Below are positions 1-8,393 of a stretch of DNA of 64,000 nucleotides, piece after piece (position 1 is the stretch's first letter; every line of letters begins with the position of its first letter). The stretch is from Promethearchaeota archaeon (GTDB lineage: Archaea > Asgardarchaeota > Lokiarchaeia > Sigyniarchaeales > SOKP01). Location: contig JAUVNS010000011.1 in the NCBI GenBank assembly GCA_030599585.1, positions 32,001 through 96,000 of the forward strand, written 5' to 3'. The position numbers were made by a program, and so were the translations under genes. The notes under the pieces were generated by a model, which saw only the letters and a list, made by a program, of their open reading frames with translations, made no database searches and was not told the DNA's origin.

Positions 1-270
1 AGTCCCTTTTCTAAACGCACAATGAAAATGAAAACAAATGTAGTGTGTGTCGCCTTTTGTCCACAAAATAAAGTGATCGGGAGAAGAAGGGTTTTCAATT
101 ATTTTTTCGCACAACACACACTCTAACAGTTTTTTTTTAAAATAATCCTCGTCGGGGCGGTAATTTGACAAATCCCGAACCAAATTCCGAACATCCGAAT
201 TAAATAAGTCGTATATATCCGCATGGTCAACCTCTTGGATTTTCTCGCCTTTAATTAATAATTGATTCAT
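1..270 (-). CDS. Hypothetical Cys/His (zinc-binding-like) protein, partial; runs off the window start and is absent from the ORF track
   Basis: ATG at 268-270 and 90 stop-free codons to position 1: MNQLLIKGEKIQEVDHADIYDLFNSDVRNLVRDLSNYRPDEDYFKKKLLECVLCEKIIENPSSPDHFILWTKGDTHYICFHFHCAFRKGT; CxxC-x26-HxxC. Confidence 0.7.
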   Translation of the reverse strand, partial: MNQLLIKGEKIQEVDHADIYDLFNSDVRNLVRDLSNYRPDEDYFKKKLLECVLCEKIIENPSSPDHFILWTKGDTHYICFHFHCAFRKGT

Positions 271-970
271 AATTTTTGTCTACTATTATTTTTGTAGGTA
301 TCGTATTTAAGTCTATTGTAACCGAAATATGGGGTTTTAAATGTCCTAATTGAACCTTTATGATTTTTCATATCGTCTCGGTTAAATCGTGCCTGAAATA
401 CGGTCTAAAAAAAATTATAAAAAATCCACTATTTTTGTATTCGCAAAGTGAGATTACACGACGATTTATCGGTAAAAACTAAGCTCTGTCAAATCGTCAA
501 TTACTCCCTCTCTACTATCGTTTCGCGAGGAGAAAAAATCTTGATAATTTTAAGGTGTATTTTTGTACTAACGAAAAAGATTGCTATTTTTAGGGTTTAA
601 AGTGTAAACGAAATAAAAATCAATTCTTCAGGGTATTTTTCAAAAAATATTTCATTATTAATTTTCTTTAAAGTTTTTGAGATTGATTTCTGTAGAACAA
701 AAATAGTAAACAGTAGTATTCACTATTCAAGGGATAATACCATTTATAAACTTTACGCAAAGTTTAAATACTAAATGTTAAATGAACATTTTAAGTTATT
801 TATAAAGGCAAAATTCTCTACATGGAGAAAGCAAGAATATATAAATCTGAAATTTTATTTACCTAAATAGAGTTTCGAGGATAGTTTTTTGCTACATATT
901 TAAATAGATTATAATAAAAATAATTTTGAAATTAAAGAACTTTATATAATAAAAATGGAATTAGAATAAA

Positions 971-2980
971 ATGGGTAGCATGAAAGAAGAGATCAAAAAA
1001 GAAATTATAAGTAGATTTGAACAAGAAATTGAAAAGTTTAATCTTGGTGAGCCCCATAAATCTGTCTCACAGATACATGAAGAGTTTAAAGAGCATTTTA
1101 GTGATAAAACAATCCAAAACATTGGTAAAACCTACTTTCCTGAAGATTATAAAATAATATATAGTAAACCTAAAGTATCACAAGAAGTGTATAGGGATAT
1201 AAAAGTAAGAATTGCTATTGAAATTGATAGATTTTATTCAGGCTATTCAGCAACTCCTCTTGAACAGATTTATAAAGAATTTAAAAATGTTATAAATTCT
1301 GTAGATACAATTTATTACATTGGGAAGAAAGAATTTCTTGATGAATATAATGAAATTTGGGCAAGACAACCTCTTCCAGATGAAGTCATGAGAGAAATAA
1401 TAAATATTTTAAAAAAAGAGATTTTAAACTATAAGAATGGAATAAAACCGAAATCAATAAGTCGAATTCACAAGGACTTTCAAGAAAAAGTAAAATCTTC
1501 TTCTGTTATTGCAAAGATAGCTAGAGGGAACTTTCCAAAATACTACTATGAAATATGGACTAAAGTTAAGATAACACCTGAAATTAAAGATAAAGCAATA
1601 AAGAGAATAAAAAGAGAAATAGATTTTTATAAAAGTGGTCATGAACCCTTGTCAATACGAGATATATGGAAAGAGGACTTTCAGCCTTATATGTCAGAGG
1701 GTCAGCTTGGTGAGATTGGAAGAAAAGCCTACCCGGAAGATTATGAACTTATTTGGGGTGCTTATAGAATACCTGTCGAGGTTAAAGAATATTTGATTAA
1801 AACTATAAATAATGAGATTTCTAAATATGATTCAGGAAAAACACCAGATTCCATACGCCAAATTCAACAGAAATTTGGTAAATGGGTTAAATCAAAAGAT
1901 CATATAATTTCCATAGCAAAAAATGTGAACTCTGAAAAATATGACGAAATATGGAGTATCCCTCGTATTCCAGAACATATTAAAATTCAGGTAATAGAAG
2001 TAATAAGAAATGAAATTGCTAAATATAAAGACGGCTTAGAACCAAGAAATATTAAAGAAATTTGGGAAGATAATTTTATTCAAGTTATTAAAACTAGAGA
2101 TACGATTAGTGATATAGCAAAAAAAGCATTTCCAAATGAATATGATCTTATTTGGGGGAAAGAAATCCCTGATGATAAAAGAATAGGAATTATTCAAGAT
2201 ATCCTTGATTATGGTAATCCTAATGTTAGAACAATAGGACAAATTGCACATAAATATGGAGTAAGCAATACTACAGTTATTCGCATTTCAGTAAACGAAG
2301 TGAAGGGTTGCTACACCTCTTTTAGTCACGAAGAGCGATTTCCACAAGATTTTTTCGCAGCATTAGGAACTATTTTACATAATATAATTAAATATTTAAT
2401 CACAGCTCATTTTTGGAGGAAAAATTCAAAAGCTTACTCAGAGATAATTGTAGATTTCAACACCCGTGTTTTAATTGATAATTTTTTCCTTAATGTCAAA
2501 TCTCATAACTATTTATATAAAGTATTAGAATGTAATAGATATTTAGTAAAAGAAATGCATTTAGATATCGATGAAACAAGAAATATAAATGGTTTTATGT
2601 TTGATTACACTAATGATGTTTCAGAAAAAAATATAAGAAAAAAGGGTAAAAAATATCAAAAAAAAGACAAGTTACTATTCATTGTAGGGACGAGATGGCC
2701 TAGGAAATATAAAAAGAGAATTATTGAAACAAGCTTTAAAAACATAAGGATAATCAAGCATGACTTGTTTGCTGAATTTATTGGGATAGATGGTAAAATA
2801 TTAGATATATTTAATTATGCTATTGGACTAAATTATATATTTGATCTAAATGCTTTAAAAGAAACTTTAATGGGTATTGAGAATAATTTTCTAAAGAAAT
2901 TTGGTAGAGATTTATTTAAAAATGATGACCTTAAAAAAGATCTTGAAAAAAAAGGCATAAGATATGATGATTTTTTTTGA
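971..2980 (+). CDS. Tandem HTH-like repeat protein with putative C-terminal PD-(D/E)xK nuclease-like domain
   Basis: Six 65-66-aa repeats (aa 5-399), canonical HTH TIGQIAHKYGVSNTTVIRI, then ALGTILH / SE / RVLID / FDYT / KKY motifs. Confidence 0.6.
   Translation: MGSMKEEIKKEIISRFEQEIEKFNLGEPHKSVSQIHEEFKEHFSDKTIQNIGKTYFPEDYKIIYSKPKVSQEVYRDIKVRIAIEIDRFYSGYSATPLEQIYKEFKNVINSVDTIYYIGKKEFLDEYNEIWARQPLPDEVMREIINILKKEILNYKNGIKPKSISRIHKDFQEKVKSSSVIAKIARGNFPKYYYEIWTKVKITPEIKDKAIKRIKREIDFYKSGHEPLSIRDIWKEDFQPYMSEGQLGEIGRKAYPEDYELIWGAYRIPVEVKEYLIKTINNEISKYDSGKTPDSIRQIQQKFGKWVKSKDHIISIAKNVNSEKYDEIWSIPRIPEHIKIQVIEVIRNEIAKYKDGLEPRNIKEIWEDNFIQVIKTRDTISDIAKKAFPNEYDLIWGKEIPDDKRIGIIQDILDYGNPNVRTIGQIAHKYGVSNTTVIRISVNEVKGCYTSFSHEERFPQDFFAALGTILHNIIKYLITAHFWRKNSKAYSEIIVDFNTRVLIDNFFLNVKSHNYLYKVLECNRYLVKEMHLDIDETRNINGFMFDYTNDVSEKNIRKKGKKYQKKDKLLFIVGTRWPRKYKKRIIETSFKNIRIIKHDLFAEFIGIDGKILDIFNYAIGLNYIFDLNALKETLMGIENNFLKKFGRDLFKNDDLKKDLEKKGIRYDDFF
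983..2167 (+). repeat. Six diverged in-frame repeats of about 198 nt (66 aa)
   Basis: Consensus PxEIKxxII..I..EI.xY..G..P.SI..I...F......S..TI..I(A/G)K..FP..Y..IW recurs with 66-aa period. Confidence 0.9.
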
Positions 2981-3035
2981 TTCCTAAATGTTTGCAACTT
3001 TTCATATTAGTCAATAGTAACTAAAAAAAGGATTA

Positions 3036-3779
3036 TTATGGTAATGAAATTGCAGATTGTTCTTCTCCAATAATGAAAGTATAGCTATATAAAGTTTCAG
3101 TATGACTCCCATTATGTTGAATCGAAACTGTGCTAGCTTTAGGGCCAAACCGTTTAAGTATACTAATTATCTTCCCCATATGACCAATGTTTTTTCCAGA
3201 TACAATAATTGCTAGGTGACCTTCTTTAAATTTTAGATGCTTTATAATCTGTTGATCTGGAATACTGATGCTCAAGACATCCATGCACCGATACACATCT
3301 TCTTTAGGATTTTTCGGATCTTTAACACTGATAAAAATATTCCTTCCATCGTGCAAGTTTAATTGTATATTTCCCCCTTTTAAGGTAGTCTTTTGCGTTA
3401 TTCTGCATAGTTTGAATGTGCTTTCTGCTTCAGGAATTTCGTGTAAAATTAATCCATGATGTGAGTCAGGTAAAACGCGAAAATGTGTGTTTGTTTTTAC
3501 GATACTTAGTACATCCATTAATCCAACTGGAAATGTTTTATCCTTAACAACCTTTCCATCGACTTTAAAATTCCCTAAACCTATTAACTTTTTTGCTTCT
3601 CTGTGGTTATCAACAATCTCAAAAAGATCTCTCACGATATGTAATAAAGGCAAGCAAAATCTACTCGGATGAGGTCCCGGTGAAGGGGTTATAAAGAATT
3701 TACCATGCTTTCTTTTTATCTGTAAGAATTTAGGTGTGTTCAGTCTTTTTAGCGATCTTGAACCTCCATGCCTCGTCAT
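3036..3779 (-). CDS. rps4e: 30S ribosomal protein eS4 (S4e)
   Basis: LKRLNTP, PSPGPH, KVDGKVVKDKTFPVGLMDV, QLNLHDGRNI; position after uL24. Confidence 0.97.
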   Translation of the reverse strand: MTRHGGSRSLKRLNTPKFLQIKRKHGKFFITPSPGPHPSRFCLPLLHIVRDLFEIVDNHREAKKLIGLGNFKVDGKVVKDKTFPVGLMDVLSIVKTNTHFRVLPDSHHGLILHEIPEAESTFKLCRITQKTTLKGGNIQLNLHDGRNIFISVKDPKNPKEDVYRCMDVLSISIPDQQIIKHLKFKEGHLAIIVSGKNIGHMGKIISILKRFGPKASTVSIQHNGSHTETLYSYTFIIGEEQSAISLP

Positions 3780-4211
3780 TTAATCCTTTTCCTCCTCTTT
3801 TTGTTTTTTTGGACCTGTTAGGCCCTCTTCTCTGAATCCAAAGACCGCTTTTCTTTCAATCATACTCGCTCTCCATGGATCCATTTTTTTCTCTTTCTGG
3901 AATTTTGTTATAACCATTTTTGAGATGTGGATAGCGGGGTGAAATTGAGTCCCATCAGTTTTATCAAAAGTAGCTTCTTTGATTTTTGCTCGCTGATTTT
4001 TAGTGATTTCGATGACCTCTCCTTCAAAATCCTTGAATTCACCTCTTATTATTCTGACTCCATCTCCCACTCTTAGGGGAAGTGTTTTAATTCCGTACTC
4101 TTCTCGTACGAAATCAGCTACTCTTACAGTTAATAATTTTGACCTCTGATGGTTTTTATATCTATACAATGATTTTCTTTGCTTTCGAGGTTGTTTCGAT
4201 TTTACTTTCAT
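3780..4211 (-). CDS. rpl24: 50S ribosomal protein uL24
   Basis: SKQPRKQRK N-terminus, KOW motif GDGVRIIRGEFK; operon position. Confidence 0.95.
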   Translation of the reverse strand: MKVKSKQPRKQRKSLYRYKNHQRSKLLTVRVADFVREEYGIKTLPLRVGDGVRIIRGEFKDFEGEVIEITKNQRAKIKEATFDKTDGTQFHPAIHISKMVITKFQKEKKMDPWRASMIERKAVFGFREEGLTGPKKQKEEEKD

Positions 4212-4237
4212 TTCTCTTATCTCTTTATCCTGATTTT

Positions 4238-4663
4238 TTAAATGATTAACGATGAAATTGATGCTAAACGCGGAAATAATTCTGCTGCTTCTCTTGCAAT
4301 AGGCCCACGAATTTCGGTTGCTTTGGGGTCGCCTTCCTTAGTTATTATTACACCAGCATTATCCTCAAAACATAATCTCGTGCCATCTACTCTCCTATAA
4401 ATCATTTTTTGTCTTACGATTACAGCTTTAACAATATTTCCCCGTAAATCTGGTCGACCTTTTTTAACAGTTACTGTACAGACTGACCCTACTGATGCTT
4501 TTGGTAATCTTCTCAATCGTGTTTTGGAACCGTCGACATTAATAATTTGAGCGATTTTTGCTCCAGAATTATCAGTAATAAAAATTCTCGTACCGTTTTG
4601 GACACCATAACTAGTTCTAGGTTTTGATAAGGTTTTTCTTCCAAGTTTTCTTCTTGTCCCCAT
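4238..4663 (-). CDS. rpl14: 50S ribosomal protein uL14
   Basis: DNSGAK, VKKGRPDLR, FEDNAGVI, GPIAREAAE. Confidence 0.97.
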   Translation of the reverse strand: MGTRRKLGRKTLSKPRTSYGVQNGTRIFITDNSGAKIAQIINVDGSKTRLRRLPKASVGSVCTVTVKKGRPDLRGNIVKAVIVRQKMIYRRVDGTRLCFEDNAGVIITKEGDPKATEIRGPIAREAAELFPRLASISSLII

Positions 4664-5017
4664 TTAATTCTCAGCTCCTGCTTTTATTTTATCTAAGACG
4701 ATAAACGCTTTAGTTTTTGATAGTTTTCTACTTTCTCCTACTCGGACTAGATCCCCAACTTCAATATCATTCTTTAAACATTCAGGAAGATGACATGATA
4801 GACGCGAATTTCGTCTTTCATAACGTTGATATTTCTTAACAAATTGAACATAATCCTGTCTAATTACAACTGTGTTTTTGGATTTTTTATTAACGACGAC
4901 TCCTTGAGTAATTTTACCTCTAATTCGTGTATTCCCATGAAAAGGACAATCTTTATCATTACATTCACGATTTGATGGAGGATTAACTCCTGGAATGCCA
5001 ATATTTCTAACGCTCAT
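4664..5017 (-). CDS. rps17: 30S ribosomal protein uS17
   Basis: CNDKDCPFHG, KKYQRYERR, GESRKLSKTK. Confidence 0.97.
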   Translation of the reverse strand: MSVRNIGIPGVNPPSNRECNDKDCPFHGNTRIRGKITQGVVVNKKSKNTVVIRQDYVQFVKKYQRYERRNSRLSCHLPECLKNDIEVGDLVRVGESRKLSKTKAFIVLDKIKAGAEN

Positions 5018-5021
5018 TTTA

Positions 5022-5312
5022 TTATCTCGACCACTTCTTTTTCTTTAAACTTCTCAACCTATTTTCTGGAATGCCTACAATTTTCGATCCGTTAACCTCT
5101 AACATTCCATTATCAAGTGTAAATCTAAAAATATAATCTTTCTTGATGTATTTTTTTATTTCATTATTTTTTTCTGATATTAACATATTTTGAGTATCAT
5201 CAATTACAACGCCCACATCCATAAATTTAGAATGAGTTGGCTTCGATTTAAGTTTAGCTTGGGCTCTAAAACCTATTAAATCGTGGTAGATCAGATACTT
5301 TGGACTAATCAT
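5022..5312 (-). CDS. rnp1: Ribonuclease P protein component 1 (Rpp29/POP4)
   Basis: HDLIG, GVVIDDTQNML, GSKIVGIPENRL; usual position between uL29 and uS17. Confidence 0.9.
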   Translation of the reverse strand: MISPKYLIYHDLIGFRAQAKLKSKPTHSKFMDVGVVIDDTQNMLISEKNNEIKKYIKKDYIFRFTLDNGMLEVNGSKIVGIPENRLRSLKKKKWSR

Positions 5313-5521
5313 TATAATTTCAACAATTTCTCTTCATTTTTTACTGTAAGAATCCTTGCGATTTGTTTTCTCAGTATTTTCGCTTTCGCAGGATTATCTG
5401 CAATACCGCCACCAGTTTGTTGGCTGTATAACATCATCAATTCTTCTCTTAGGGTTATTAAACTTCTTTCTCTTTCTCTTTCATCCATTTCCCGGACTTT
5501 ATTTGCGGTTATTATATCCAT
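5312..5521 (-). CDS. rpl29: 50S ribosomal protein uL29
   Basis: VREM...LREEL...NPAKAKILRKQIARILT. Confidence 0.95.
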   Translation of the reverse strand: MDIITANKVREMDERERERSLITLREELMMLYSQQTGGGIADNPAKAKILRKQIARILTVKNEEKLLKL

Positions 5522-5558
5522 TTTTTAGTCGCTCTCCATATTTTTATTTCATATTATA

Positions 5559-6380
5559 TTATTCGTCACTTTTTTCATCTGTATCTACTTCTGGCTCCAG
5601 AGAAATTTCAGAAATTTCTTCCTCTTCAACTTCTTCGAACAGGTCTTTTTCTTCTTCGGTTGGTTCTCTTGTTTCTTCACTTATCTCGAGGTCTTTTTCC
5701 ACTTTTGTTTTACGTAACTCGGCTTCTATTTTTGCTTGAACTTTAGCTAATTCTTCGTGGTTTACTACGATTGTATCCCCCATTCTTATATCAGCGTGCA
5801 TGATTTTCACAATTATCCCTAAAGTTCCTGACTTCATAACACACTGAGCTACTCCTTTATCTACTCCTTCTTGAGCAGGTTGACCTGATTTTTTCATTGT
5901 ACCGGCCCTAAATACGGTCGTCCGGGCTCTCTGTGAAGTAACCTTACCCGAAACGATAATTTCTGTACCTCTAGCTCCAGAATCCATGATTTTACGTAAT
6001 ATATAATAACCTGCTCTTCTGTAATGTCTTCCTCGATCTAGCGAATACGCTAAACGTTCCGCCATAATCTGTGCGTTCAAATCCGGGTTTTCTACCTCCT
6101 CGACTTCGATTTGGGGCAATTAGCTTAAGGGAAAAATTTTCCCCTAATTTTCTAGCTCAAATCGTTCTTGAAGGATATCCGTGATCTCTTGAATACGCTT
6201 TCCGCCTTTTCCTATTACAAGGCCTGGGCGGGACGTACGAAGAGTGATTCTAACGCCAAGCGGGGTTTTCTGTATATCAACGCCAGCAAACCCAGCCCGA
6301 ACCAGTTCAGATCTCAGGTATTCGTTTATTTGCATTAATTTGATTCCTTGTTCAATAAAATGTTTTGCTAATGGGCTCAT
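5559..6380 (-). CDS. rps3: 30S ribosomal protein uS3, interrupted; predicted exons 6149-6380 and 5559-6118, 263 aa after splicing
   Basis: Upstream ORF has KH motif RPGLVIGKGGKRI; downstream ORF has NPDLNAQIMA and GARGTEIIVSGK; both are in one frame with a 30-nt insert carrying TAG and TAA. Confidence 0.93.
6119..6148 (-). other. Candidate BHB (endonuclease-spliced) mRNA intron, 30 nt, in rps3
   Basis: mRNA: CGAUUUGAGC UAGA AA^A UUAGGGGAAA AUU UUUCCCUUAA GCUA AU^U GCCCCAAAUCG; exon-exon helix, central helix with 3 of 4 pairs, two 3-nt bulges, 10-bp inner hairpin. Confidence 0.8.
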
Positions 6381-6424
6381 ATTTACTACTTTTTTTTATA
6401 ATTTTAATTTTCTTTAATTTAATT

Positions 6425-6904
6425 TTAACTTGGAAATTCGTACACTACAATTTCCACATGACTTAAATGCCCAAACTTCGGAGAAGATCGACCGTGAGCT
6501 CGTTGAATATAGCGCTTTATTATTCTTCCTCGATGTGTTGCTGCGTGAATAATTCTACACTGTTCAGTGTCTAATCCTTTAAACTCAGCATTTGATTCAA
6601 CGGAAGTGAGAATTTCATAGATTCTAGCAGCGGTTTTTTGGGGGAATCTACCTGCATACCAGTTATACTGTTTCAAGTCTTTTCTGTGAGCTTGTTTCTT
6701 TTTATGTCTTCTAAATGGTACGGATTGCTTGAGTTGAATAACTTTCTCTAGATACCTTTTGGCTTGCTCTAGCTTCATACCTTTAATTACAGCACAAACT
6801 TCTCTTGCAGGTTTTGGTTTTATTCGTAAATCTCTACCCGAAGCTTTAGCCAACCTGTCTGCGTCATATTTTTGCTCTACGAAAGAATAACCCCAGTTAG
6901 GCAT
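6425..6904 (-). CDS. rpl22: 50S ribosomal protein uL22
   Basis: WGYS, VPFRRH, GRFPQKTA, RAHGRSSP, HVEIV. Confidence 0.97.
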   Translation of the reverse strand: MPNWGYSFVEQKYDADRLAKASGRDLRIKPKPAREVCAVIKGMKLEQAKRYLEKVIQLKQSVPFRRHKKKQAHRKDLKQYNWYAGRFPQKTAARIYEILTSVESNAEFKGLDTEQCRIIHAATHRGRIIKRYIQRAHGRSSPKFGHLSHVEIVVYEFPS

Positions 6905-6931
6905 TTTATTTCATCTCTTATATTATTGTAA

Positions 6932-7465
6932 TTATTTTAATGGAACATACTTACTTGAACGTGTGGCTCCAATTCCTGGCGACCCATGCTGAACATGTCT
7001 TCTAGTTTGTGAGAATTCTCCTAGATAATGACCAATCATTTCAGGTTTTACTTCTACTATTTCGTAGGTTTTCCCGTTATAGACGCCTATTTGCAAACCA
7101 ACCATTTCTGGGAAGATTAACATATCTCTAACATGCGTCCGGGTAAGAATATCCTTTCCTCTTTTCTTAGCTCTATACGCCCTTCTTAACCTTTCAAGAA
7201 GTTTTTTTTGTCTGGGAGGAAGTCCTCTTCTTAACGATCTTCGCGCTCTCGCGGGTAGTAGTCGGACGAACTCGTCCATATTCATCTTCTTTAATTCCTC
7301 TAAGGTGTGGCCTCTATAATGAAATTTGAGGCGATCTCTTTCTTTTTTTAAGTCTAATTCTTTATCGTTTGTTTCTTCATCAGTTTCTTCTGAAGGTTTT
7401 TCAGTAGTTTCATCCGGTGTCATTTCTTTTTGTTCTTCATTGTCCCGTTCTTCATTTGGAGCCAT
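6932..7465 (-). CDS. rps19: 30S ribosomal protein uS19 with acidic N-terminal extension
   Basis: [48 protein letters not shown]; GGTGG upstream of the ATG. Confidence 0.97.
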   Translation of the reverse strand: MAPNEERDNEEQKEMTPDETTEKPSEETDEETNDKELDLKKERDRLKFHYRGHTLEELKKMNMDEFVRLLPARARRSLRRGLPPRQKKLLERLRRAYRAKKRGKDILTRTHVRDMLIFPEMVGLQIGVYNGKTYEIVEVKPEMIGHYLGEFSQTRRHVQHGSPGIGATRSSKYVPLK

Positions 7466-7700
7466 AATTCCACCAATCTATTTGTTCCATTCAATATTTT
7501 ATGTTTATTTTTTACGCTATTTGTAACACGTGTAATGAAATTAGTTATCTATCAAATTTGAATTTTATTAAAACCAGAGAACCAAAAACCAAAAACTTAA
7601 AAGGTTGCTATGTGACCTTCGAGGAAAATTGTATTATCTCTAAATCTCAATTTTTATCGATGTAGTTAAGTGGAGAATTTCAAGTTTCGTTCACGATTGT

Positions 7701-8375
7701 TTAGGAATAATTATTTGGATTATATACTCTAACAATATCTTCTTCATTAAAATTTCCACTCCATCGTTCTTCAACAATCACAAATTGTTCAGGATCGTTA
7801 GTAGGATTCAGTATCGAATGGTACATCAATTTATCGTTTATAAATTTCGTTCCCGTCTCAACAAAATAATACACTTTGTTCGCATTTATGATTATTGGCT
7901 TACCTTTTAGAATTCGCCATATTTCGCTCCTGAATTTGTGTGTTTGAATTGATATACCTATCCCTGGTTTAATATATATTAAACTATAGTCTGAATAGGT
8001 GAATTTAATGCTATACCATTTATTTAATACATCAAGGAATCCATTTGGAACATTATACTTCTTCTTGAATAGTATTGGGTCAATTTTTGCTTTTTCAGAT
8101 AACTCAAATTTATAGGGATCATATATCGTTCTGTGATTAGAAACATCGTTATTATAGTTAAATTCTATTTCCTCATCACATTTATTTATCAACATGTAAC
8201 AATCGTTTGGTTTTACAATCAAATTAACTATTGTTAAATTTTGAGAGTAAAAATTAATGCCATTTATTAGAAAAATGTTATCCAGATGATTAGAATCTAG
8301 GATTATCTTAAGTTCTTTCTGGTCGTTTTTTCTAAGGATTGTTCCTCTACCCGGATGAATAATTTCTTCCTTCAC
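7701..8375 (-). CDS. Protein with C-terminal mannose-6-phosphate isomerase type II-like cupin domain
   Basis: IKPGIGISIQTHKFRSEIWRILKG...HSILNP...EEDIVRV resembles the ManC C-terminal cupin. Confidence 0.65.
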   Translation of the reverse strand: MKEEIIHPGRGTILRKNDQKELKIILDSNHLDNIFLINGINFYSQNLTIVNLIVKPNDCYMLINKCDEEIEFNYNNDVSNHRTIYDPYKFELSEKAKIDPILFKKKYNVPNGFLDVLNKWYSIKFTYSDYSLIYIKPGIGISIQTHKFRSEIWRILKGKPIIINANKVYYFVETGTKFINDKLMYHSILNPTNDPEQFVIVEERWSGNFNEEDIVRVYNPNNYS

Positions 8376-8393
8376 ATAACCAACCTTTGACTT

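Noticed and set aside
42-123. AGTGTGTGT/ACACACACT inverted repeat as a mobile-element end
   Set aside because: Only 9 bp, low complexity, and inside the 1-270 reading frame.
983-2167. CRISPR array or DNA-level tandem repeat
   Set aside because: Periodicity is visible only at protein level; no identical repeats with spacers were seen anywhere in the window.
6117-6146. Stop-codon readthrough (pyrrolysine or recoding) to explain the split rps3
   Set aside because: Two different in-frame stops (TAG then TAA) would need suppression and 10 extra residues would enter the KH domain; other genes here end in TAG and TAA normally.
5559-6380. rps3 as a pseudogene or a naturally two-piece protein
   Set aside because: Both halves are intact and in frame, uS3 is essential, the TTG lacks a nearby Shine-Dalgarno sequence, and the insert fits BHB geometry to the nucleotide. 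Disfavoured, not excluded without RNA data.
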